From: an uncultured archaeon
GTDB lineage: Archaea > Iainarchaeota > Iainarchaeia > Iainarchaeales > JAAZKV01
Direction: 5' to 3'
Assembly: GCA_964551375.1 (NCBI GenBank)
Contig: CAZKBG010000001.1
Coordinates: forward strand, 777,329 to 809,328
DNA: 32,000 bases
Below are positions 1 through 8,700 of the stretch, piece after piece. The first letter of the stretch is position 1; each line of letters opens with the position of its first letter. The notes below the pieces were generated by a model that was not told where the DNA came from, made no database searches, and worked only from the letters and a program-made list of their open reading frames with translations. Position numbers and translations under genes: made by a program.

Positions 1-959
1 GCTCAAATGCCACAGTGACGAATTCTTTTTTTGTCGGCAGAGTAAAAGCATCAAACAGTTATGACAATAATATCTATGGATACGCAGGGTATGACCAAAC
101 GCAGGCAAACAAAGATATTAATTGTTATTTTACAAATCCAACTTTATCAAGCAATGTGTATAAAGAGGACAAAACTTCAACACCAACTTATGTAACTAAC
201 GCAGGCGCAAGTTACTTCAAAGGAAAAACAAGTTTAATTCGAATAAAACCTCCATTCTCAAACAGCACAGCTCCTGACTGGAATTTTAATTATACTGCAC
301 ACGCAGGAGTATGGTTTGGATGGAATGCAGAATACCCTCACTTCATTACAGACCCTAATCCATCACGAGTACCGATTGGTGAGTATCAATCAAAGGCAGT
401 TAGTCTGGGCGGAAAAAAGAAATGCATTGCTTTGACAACTGATATGACAATAATTTCCGACAGCAATATTAAGATTCAGATTCAAGTTGCTGACAATAAT
501 GTAACTTGGTGGACCACTCCAAACTGGGTTGGCCCTGATGGAACAAGCAATACTTATTATTCAAACGGAAATTACGCAGTTCCTGATGTTAATGCAGACG
601 GGAACTGGGTAAGATGGAAAGCAATACTTTATTCAACAAGCGATTATTTGACTCCGTCGCTAAAGACAGTTGATATTAACTGCATACCGACTGGAGAAAT
701 GGTGCTTGTGGCGAATGCTAGTAATGTTGTTTGGGAAGGATTTACGTATAATGCGTTAGTTGGGGGAATTCATGGTTCGCTTGAGTGGTTGTATAAGGTT
801 GGGAATAATAGTTGGCTTAGTGCGGATAATAATGTTTTTTCTGTTTTGAATAGTGGGAATCCGCTTTATATTAAAGCAAAACTTACCGGGACAATAGATT
901 CGAACGGGCCGATAATTGATAATAATGTAGTTGTGTCTTATAGACTAAATGTTAACTAA
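1..959 (+). CDS. 3' part of a giant GLUG-like repeat surface protein; the 5' end lies upstream of the window
   Basis: The frame is open from base 3 (..SNATVTNSFFVGR..), so the GTG at 15 in the ORF track is probably internal. The segment aligns by eye with the C-terminal ~310 aa of the two full-length paralogs downstream. Shared blocks: NNSFFVGR, YFKGK, DWNFNYT.HAGVW.GW, YPHF, IQIQVADNN, GPDGT, NW.RWKA, NCIP.GEMVL.AN, PLYIKA, SYR..N-stop. Confidence 0.75.
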   Translation, partial: SNATVTNSFFVGRVKASNSYDNNIYGYAGYDQTQANKDINCYFTNPTLSSNVYKEDKTSTPTYVTNAGASYFKGKTSLIRIKPPFSNSTAPDWNFNYTAHAGVWFGWNAEYPHFITDPNPSRVPIGEYQSKAVSLGGKKKCIALTTDMTIISDSNIKIQIQVADNNVTWWTTPNWVGPDGTSNTYYSNGNYAVPDVNADGNWVRWKAILYSTSDYLTPSLKTVDINCIPTGEMVLVANASNVVWEGFTYNALVGGIHGSLEWLYKVGNNSWLSADNNVFSVLNSGNPLYIKAKLTGTIDSNGPIIDNNVVVSYRLNVN

Positions 960-1054
960 AGTTAACTGATAAATTGGGCAATTTGCCTTGTTTTAATCCT
1001 GAAAAAAGCTTTTATTTAACTTAAACCTAATTCTAGCACAAAGCAGGGAACTTA

Positions 1055-4000
1055 ATGATGGCAAATTTTAACAAATTACTTTTAGGGATCTTATTAATTT
1101 TAATAATAAGTCAGGTTTTTGCATTTAGCGGCGGAACTGGAACAAGCGGAGACCCTTACAGAGTAAATGCCTGCGCAGATATTGACTGGATGGATACTAA
1201 TGCATCTACAAAATCAGCATACTATGTTCTTGATTCAAATGTGGACTGCGGAGTATCGCCTTATAATACAGGAAGCGGGTTTACTCAAGTAACAGGATTT
1301 GCAGGATCGCTTGACGGACAAGGATACTGGGTAAAAAACTTAATGATTTACCTTCCAACAACAAATAATGTTTCACCATTTGCTGCAGGAAGCGCGTTCA
1401 CAATAAAAAATATTGGATTTGATGTAAATATCACAGGACAGGATTATGTATCCGGATTCATGACTGATTATTTGAATAGGGACTTAAATAACATAAAAGT
1501 AAGCGGAACAATAATAGGGAGAAATTATGTGGGCGGAATTACATCAAGAAGCAATGCGGGAATAAAAATCACAAACAGCTCTGTTGACTTGACTTTGATA
1601 AGCGGAAATGAATATGTAGGGGGACTTGCCGCATACTATGGAGGGGATTTCAATTACTGCACAATAAAAATAAACCGAATAGAAGGGCAGTTTTCTGTGG
1701 GCGGAGCAAGCGGATGGATGTTTAATGGAAGCAATGGAGTGTCCTATATTCAAAATACAACTGCTGACATAAACCTACTAAAAGTAACACACACTTCAGC
1801 TAATGGCTATTACACTTTAGTCGGAGGATTAGTCGGAAGATTTTCTTCAAGCGGATTTATAAGAAGCGCAAATGTGCGAGTAAATTTAATTGATGTCAAT
1901 AATGCGACTGCAGACCCTGGAAAAATAGGGGGGCTTGTCGGAGGACATGACCGCGCAGGCGGATATCTTTATGATGTAAATTTTACAGGAACAATAAATT
2001 ATCGAAACACATCTGGGGCAGCGTACCTTGGGGGAATTGTGGGGCACGAGGAATCAGGGCCAATTACTTATTCCCGCGCGGATATTAACATTGACACAAA
2101 TCTTAGCTCAGCAAGCGGAACATATGTAGGCGGAATTATTGGAAGCTCAAGTTATGATTTGAATAATATTTATGTTAATTCATCATACATTTATGCAGCG
2201 GGCACAAATGGAAATTATGTCGGAGGAGTGGGCGGCTCTTCAAGCGCAGTTTATAACGCGGTGGCTGATATTGGAGAAGTAAGAGGATTAAGCCAAGTCG
2301 GCGGGCTGCTTGGAGGCTCAGGAATTGCAGCAGGAGTAATATCTTCAAGATTAAATGCAAAAACAATTGTCGGAACAACCACCGAAATAGGCGGATTTAT
2401 CGGATACGCAAAAGGGGACGTAAATTACTGCGATTCGAACGTTCAAATCTTAATTGGCTCTCAATATGTTGGAGGGCTTCTTGGAAATTCATTCAATCAA
2501 AGCGATGCAAGCTCAAAAGTTTATATGACTAATAGTTATGTTCGGGACATGAATGTAACAAATCCAACAAGCGTGGGCGGGCTTGTGGGGCGATTTTCAG
2601 GAAGAAGAGTGGAACGTTCTTTTGCGGAAGTAAAAAGACTATATGTTGATAATTCAGTCGGAAACGACGCGCTCATCGGAGGGCTGATTGGACAAACTGG
2701 ATACTCTGACTGGACAATAAGAGACTCAAATTCACGAGCGCAGATAGATTACACTTACAGCGGAGCATCAAACAATAGTTATATTGGAGGAATTGCAGGA
2801 AATACTGGAACTCCTATAAGCGGATGCAGGGCAGATGTAAATATTGATGCTGATTTAGGCACAAAAGCTCCAAATTATGTGGGCGGGATTACTGGAAAAT
2901 CAACCGGCACAATAACAAACTCTCACGCAAGCGGAGCTTACATAAAAGCAAAAAATAGCGGAGGCACTGGGGTAGGAGTGGGCGGAATTAGCGGAAGCTC
3001 ATACACAGTATATAATTCAACTTCAAATTTTATTGATATAAACGGAAACCTTAATGTTAGCGGAATCAGCGGAAACCTTGCTATTGGGGATGTGAACGGC
3101 TCAACTGCAACAATAAGCGGAATACTTTACGGAAAATACAATATCGGCGGAGCAGTAGGAAACGGAGCAAATAATTCAGTAGCAGTATTTAATTCAGGCG
3201 CAACAATAAACAAAATATATGCTGATAATTCAACAGCAAATGATATGTCTGTAGGTGGAGTGGTGGGGGTTATTACAAATGCAAGAACAGTAACTGGTTG
3301 CTGGGCAAGGATTGGAACAATTTATGCAAAAAATACGAGCGCATCAAACACTGGCGGAGTGGGAGGAGTTGCGGGATATGTTTATCAAAACTCAAACAAT
3401 GCCCCGATGAGAGATTCAAACGCAATAGTTTCACTAATACAATATGAAAGCACAAGCACAGGAGATGCATTTGTTGGAGGACTGGCTGGGAGACAAATGG
3501 GGCTTGTATCAAATTCTTGGGCGGATGTAAATATTGACGCGTCAATTGGAACATACACTGGCGGATATGTGGGCGGGCTTGTCGGGTACGCATATGGGGT
3601 AGTATCAAATTCGTGGGCAAGAGGAAATTATATTAAAGCAACAAAAACAAATTCGCAATATGTTGGCGGACTTGTGGGAAGATCTACTGGGATAACAAAT
3701 TCCTATTCAATATTTTCTGATATAAACGGGCTGACAAAAGTGGGCGGGCTTGGGGGATACTCAAGCGGAGCGGTGCTTGACTCAAATTCAGTTTTAAATA
3801 GCGTTAATGGGACAAGCAATGTTGGCGGATTAATTGGACTCGGAGATTCTGATGTTAACAGGTCAAAAACAATAATTGGCACAATAACTGGGACAATGCT
3901 TGTGGGGGGAGTAATAGGCGAATTATCCAACAGCTCCACATTTATGTATGATTTAAGCGCGGATGTAAATTTAATAAAAGTAACACACACAGCAGGCGGA

Positions 4001-5632
4001 CAAATTAATGCAGGGGGAATAATCGGGCTTGCAACAAACACAAAAGGAATGAGACAAGCTGCTGCGAGAATTAAATTAATGGATATAAATAATTCAAGCG
4101 GAAGCGATGCAGGCGGAATTGGAGGAATTGCGGGATATTTGTATCACAATGCAAATACAGCACAACTCTTAGACGCAAATTCAACAGTTCAAATAAATTA
4201 CACAAACTCAAGCACAGGCGCAGGATATATCGGGGGAGTAGTTGGGTTGCATAATGGATATATTTCAAACTCTTGGGCTGACTCAAATATTAATGCAGAA
4301 CTTGGAACAAGAAGCGGAACTTATGTCGGCGGACTTGCGGGAAATGCTGCAAGTTATATTTCAAATTCATATTCGACAGGCGGGAATATCCTCGCATCAA
4401 AGACAGGTGGGGGATATGTTGGTGGACTTGCTGGAAGAATTGGCGGAGCAGCAACAAATGTCTACGCACTCTACAATGACGTCAACGGAGTTGACTATAC
4501 TGGAGGACTTATAGGAAGCGGGCAAGGCGCAGTAAATACATACACAATAAATCGAACAGTGTATGGTGCAGATAGAGTAGGGGGATTAATCGGCTATTCC
4601 AGAGGGGATATAAACACTTCCTACTCAGGAGATGCAAATGTAATTGGAAGCACAAATGTAGGGGGAATAACAGGATACTATGATCCGCCCGGAACAACAT
4701 ATCACATAAATAATTCATTTACAACAACAAGAGTAACAGGAAGTTCAGTAACAGGCGCAGTAACAGGATATGTAGTAACATACAGCTGGCCTTCGCCTCC
4801 AGTAGTAAACACATACTACACTTTCGGCTCGGCAGCGGCTGGAAGAGGGACACTTGAAAGCGATGGACCATCATATTTTAAAGGAAAAGGAAAAACACTT
4901 CTTGGAATAACCCAAGGAACTTCCCCAAAACACCCTTATGCAAATCCTGATGCAAATTGGAATTTTAATTACACAGGGCACCCTGGGCTTTGGTACGGCT
5001 GGCAGTTAAGCTACCCGCATTTTACAACAGACCCTATTGTTACTTATGTTCCTAATGGAGAATATCAATCAAGAGCAATTGATTTAAGCTCAATGAAAAA
5101 ATGCATCGCGCTAACTACAAACATGATAAAACCTACTGACAGCAATATCAAAATCCAAATACAAGTTGCTGATAATAATACTTCATGGTGGGCATCTCCA
5201 AACTGGATGGGGCCTGACGGGACAGACAATACTTATTATTCAAACGGAAGTTATTCAATTCCTGACATTAATGCTGATGGAAATTGGATAAGATGGAGAG
5301 CAGTATTCACTTCCTCAAGCGACAGCTTAACTCCAACTCTAATAAGCATTGACTTTAACTGCATACCAATAGGGGAAATGGTGTTAATTGCGAATGGAAA
5401 TAATCTTAACTGGAGAGGGATAGCTTACAATGCGATAACCGGCGGAATAAACGGCTCGCTTGAGTGGCTTTACAAAATAGGAAGCGGAAATTGGGATTCA
5501 ATTGATAATAATTCCTTCCCTGCGCTAACCACTGGAACTCCTCTTTATATTAAAGCAATAATGACTGGAACAATAGATTCCAATGGACCAATAATGGATA
5601 ATAATATTGTTTTATCCTACCGCCCTAATTAA
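1055..5632 (+). CDS. giant secreted/surface protein with GLUG-like repeats (predicted beta-helix adhesin-like), 1525 aa
   Basis: Uninterrupted 4.6-kb ORF. Signal-peptide-like N-terminus (MMANFNKLLLGILLILIISQVFA then FSGG). The cap region (GDPYRV..C..ID, GF.QVTGFAGSLDGQGYWVKNL) resembles the N-terminal cap of GLUG-motif proteins. Dozens of ~20-25-aa units follow, centred on (Y)VGG(L/I)(V/A/I)G and often followed by N-S-(Y/W)-A. It ends in the shared ~250-aa C-terminal module. Many N-x-S/T sequons. No C-terminal TM or known sorting signal. Confidence 0.8.
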   Translation: MMANFNKLLLGILLILIISQVFAFSGGTGTSGDPYRVNACADIDWMDTNASTKSAYYVLDSNVDCGVSPYNTGSGFTQVTGFAGSLDGQGYWVKNLMIYLPTTNNVSPFAAGSAFTIKNIGFDVNITGQDYVSGFMTDYLNRDLNNIKVSGTIIGRNYVGGITSRSNAGIKITNSSVDLTLISGNEYVGGLAAYYGGDFNYCTIKINRIEGQFSVGGASGWMFNGSNGVSYIQNTTADINLLKVTHTSANGYYTLVGGLVGRFSSSGFIRSANVRVNLIDVNNATADPGKIGGLVGGHDRAGGYLYDVNFTGTINYRNTSGAAYLGGIVGHEESGPITYSRADINIDTNLSSASGTYVGGIIGSSSYDLNNIYVNSSYIYAAGTNGNYVGGVGGSSSAVYNAVADIGEVRGLSQVGGLLGGSGIAAGVISSRLNAKTIVGTTTEIGGFIGYAKGDVNYCDSNVQILIGSQYVGGLLGNSFNQSDASSKVYMTNSYVRDMNVTNPTSVGGLVGRFSGRRVERSFAEVKRLYVDNSVGNDALIGGLIGQTGYSDWTIRDSNSRAQIDYTYSGASNNSYIGGIAGNTGTPISGCRADVNIDADLGTKAPNYVGGITGKSTGTITNSHASGAYIKAKNSGGTGVGVGGISGSSYTVYNSTSNFIDINGNLNVSGISGNLAIGDVNGSTATISGILYGKYNIGGAVGNGANNSVAVFNSGATINKIYADNSTANDMSVGGVVGVITNARTVTGCWARIGTIYAKNTSASNTGGVGGVAGYVYQNSNNAPMRDSNAIVSLIQYESTSTGDAFVGGLAGRQMGLVSNSWADVNIDASIGTYTGGYVGGLVGYAYGVVSNSWARGNYIKATKTNSQYVGGLVGRSTGITNSYSIFSDINGLTKVGGLGGYSSGAVLDSNSVLNSVNGTSNVGGLIGLGDSDVNRSKTIIGTITGTMLVGGVIGELSNSSTFMYDLSADVNLIKVTHTAGGQINAGGIIGLATNTKGMRQAAARIKLMDINNSSGSDAGGIGGIAGYLYHNANTAQLLDANSTVQINYTNSSTGAGYIGGVVGLHNGYISNSWADSNINAELGTRSGTYVGGLAGNAASYISNSYSTGGNILASKTGGGYVGGLAGRIGGAATNVYALYNDVNGVDYTGGLIGSGQGAVNTYTINRTVYGADRVGGLIGYSRGDINTSYSGDANVIGSTNVGGITGYYDPPGTTYHINNSFTTTRVTGSSVTGAVTGYVVTYSWPSPPVVNTYYTFGSAAAGRGTLESDGPSYFKGKGKTLLGITQGTSPKHPYANPDANWNFNYTGHPGLWYGWQLSYPHFTTDPIVTYVPNGEYQSRAIDLSSMKKCIALTTNMIKPTDSNIKIQIQVADNNTSWWASPNWMGPDGTDNTYYSNGSYSIPDINADGNWIRWRAVFTSSSDSLTPTLISIDFNCIPIGEMVLIANGNNLNWRGIAYNAITGGINGSLEWLYKIGSGNWDSIDNNSFPALTTGTPLYIKAIMTGTIDSNGPIMDNNIVLSYRPN
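2078..4277 (+). repeat. three ~230-250-aa super-repeat periods inside the 1055-5632 gene
   Basis: The anchor motif (R/W)AD(I/V/S)NI(D/N) + L/I-G-T + YVGG recurs at about nt 2078, 2831, 3521 and 4277, giving periods of 753, 690 and 756 nt. Each period holds about ten GLUG-like units in similar order. Confidence 0.6.
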
Positions 5633-5750
5633 AATGATCTTTTTTAACGCCTCAATTTTAATTAATGGTCAATGGCAAGGATTAAATATCTAAAATAACT
5701 AACTCTTCTGACTTGTTGGTCGAATTTTGAAAGTGAACTTTGTGAAAATT

Positions 5751-8700
5751 ATGAAAAAAATAATTCTTGCGCTGATTATTTTATGTATTTCAGCAACTGT
5801 ATTTTCAATAAACATCTCCGACTGCACAGGGCTTCAATCAATGAGCGGCGCAAACAGTTACACTTTGACTGGGAATATTGACTGCACTGCGACAAATACT
5901 TGGAACAGCGGAGCGGGATTTGCGCCAATAACTTCCTTCACTGGAACGCTTAACGGCGCAGGATACACGATAAGGGGATTGTATATTAATAGAACTGGAT
6001 CAAACAGTCAGGCGCTAATCGGGACAAGCACAAATGCCACATTAACAAATATTGTTTTTGAAGACGCTAATATTGCAATGTACAATTACGGAGGAGTGCT
6101 TCTTGCAAATGGGAGCGCAACAATATCAAATATTACTGTAAGAAATTCAATTATACGCTCGGTGGGAAATGTTGGGTATGTTGGAGGAATTGCGGGAAAT
6201 TATACCGGCGGGCAGTTTACAAACAGCTCAATTTATGGCTCAGTGGTAAGCGGACCAGGGTATGTCGGAGGATTGATTGGAAAATTCGGAATGGCTTCAA
6301 ATAACGCTTCAATAGACATAAATGACTGTTATGCGGATTTAAATTCAGTTACTTCAAGCGGGGATTATGTTGGCGGAATAGTGGGACAGCTCACAAATAC
6401 TGGGACAGGAACTTTGAGTTCAATCAACCGCTCAACAGCAGTAGTAAGAACTTTGTTTGGATACTCCTATGTCGGAGGAATTGTGGGCTCTCACGTTGGG
6501 GCTGGCGGAACAATTTCTGATGTTAATATAACTTTAAGCAGCTGGAGTCTTCGAGGCTCAAGCTTTGCGCGAATAGGTGGAATAGCAGGAAACTTGGCTG
6601 GAACTTTGACAAGATCATTTGCAATAATAAATCTTGATATCAATAACACCTCCGCATCAGGAGATTATGTCGGAGGGCTTGTCGGTTACGGATTAGGCTC
6701 CACAATTTCAGATTCATACGCTGATGTAAATATTGACACTACAATAAGCAATGCAGAAAGAGTAAATGCATATGTTGGAGGAATTGTGGGTTATGGGAGC
6801 AATATTTATCGTTCATACGCGCGAGGATACAAATTATACTCCGGACAATACACTGGAATGTATGTCGGAGGGCTTGCCGGAAGACTTGACGGAAATATTT
6901 CAGACTCAAACGCAACATTTACCTCAATAATCGGAGGAGGCGGATATTATGGAGACGGATATGTCGGCGGACTTGTGGGATACTTTCACGGAAATTATAT
7001 AATACGAAGCAAAGCAACAGCAAATTTAGTTAAAGTGACAAGAGCAAATTCAGTTGCCAATTATGCAGGCGGATTAATAGGGGGAATATCAACAGCAGGA
7101 AATAAAGACATTAACAACTGCACAGTGGATGTAAATAATGTTGAAGGATTTAGAACAAGCAATGGAAGTGATTCAGGAATTAGCGGATTAATAGGATTTG
7201 TAGCAAATGTTGCCGGAATTCACGTATCAATAAATCAAACTTCTGTTCGGTCAAAATTACTTTACGCAACAGGAGATGGAATCGGCGGATTTATTGGGTA
7301 CATGGTTAACTCTTCGGGCTCGCTAACAATAACAGATTCAAACGCAACAATTGAAAGAATACACTTATACGGCGGAGCAGGATACGGGTATGTCGGCGGG
7401 CTAATAGGAAGAGCATCAGTTGGAAGAGCAAACATAACAAACTCATTTGCAATATCCCAAATAGATATTAATCTTCCATCAAGCTCAAATGGCCTTGGAT
7501 ATGTCGGCGGACTTGCAGGCGCGATTGGGACAGGAAATGTTTCGGATTCATGGGCTGACACAAATGTAAATGGAAACTTTAACACCTATTCTCCAAGGTA
7601 TGTCGGCGGGTTAATTGGAAGCGCTGATGTTAATTTAATCAGAACATATGCAAGAGGAACTTATCTTGACGCAAACAAAAGCGGAGGATATTATGTTGGG
7701 GGACTTGCAGGAGCATGCTCATGGAATGTAACTGATTCAAACGCAACTTTTGAAAGAATAGACGGCAGCGGCTCATATTACGGAGACGCATATATTGCAG
7801 GGCTCGTTGGAAGTTTTACAGGAAATTATATTTTAAGAAGCAAAGCAATAGTAACTTCAATAACCGCGCCAACCTATCCAACTAACTTTGTTGGAGGCTT
7901 AGTCGGAGGAATTGGAGTAGCAGGAAATAAGGATATTAATTATTGCAGCGCGGATGTAAATATAATTTCAGCAACAAAAACAAGCAACGGCTCAACAACA
8001 GGAGTAGGTGGGTTAATAGGATTTGTGGCAAATGTTGCAATCAATTTATCAATAAATAATTCATCCGCTCGAACAGGGACTATTTATGGAATAGGAGACG
8101 GGCTTGGGGGATTACTTGGATATATGGTCAGCTCATCAGGCTCATTAAAAATAATTGATTCAAACGCAATTACTGACAGAATATATTTTTACGGGGGCGG
8201 AGGGAGTGGATACTTTGGCGGTCTTGCAGGAAGAGCCTATGCTGGCAGAGTAGATATAAATAATTCATTTGCAATTTCTCAAATAGATGTTAACGCAACA
8301 GCAGGTCTTGATTATGTCGGAGGGTTAGCAGGAGAGGCATCTTTATCAGGACTAATATACAACTCATGGGCTGACACAAACATTAACGGCTCGTTTGGAA
8401 CATATTCTCCGGGAAATGTTGGAGGGCTTTTTGGCTCGGCAGATGTAAATATAATTCAATCATATGCGCGAGGAAATTATATAAAAATAACCAAAGCAAA
8501 CGGCTCAAATGTGGGCGGATTTGCCGGAAAATTATCAGGAGATGTTTTGGATTCAAATGTTGTGTTTGTTGATATTAATGGAAGCAGTTCCTCATATGGT
8601 TATGGATATGTGGGCGGGTTTGTCGGATATTATACAGGCGGGTATATTTTAAGAAGCAAAGTTAATGCAGTACATGTCACTGGATACAGGGCAGACTCGC

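Noticed and set aside
1544-4718. Seven antisense or alternate-frame ORFs inside the 1055-5632 gene: 1544-1753, 2175-2378, 3273-3620, 3703-4041, 4071-4286, 4242-4514, 4509-4718.
   Set aside because: All lie wholly within a long ORF that has strong repeat and paralog support. Their translations are Leu/Pro/Ser/Cys-rich low-complexity strings typical of shadow frames of Gly/Asn-rich repeats.
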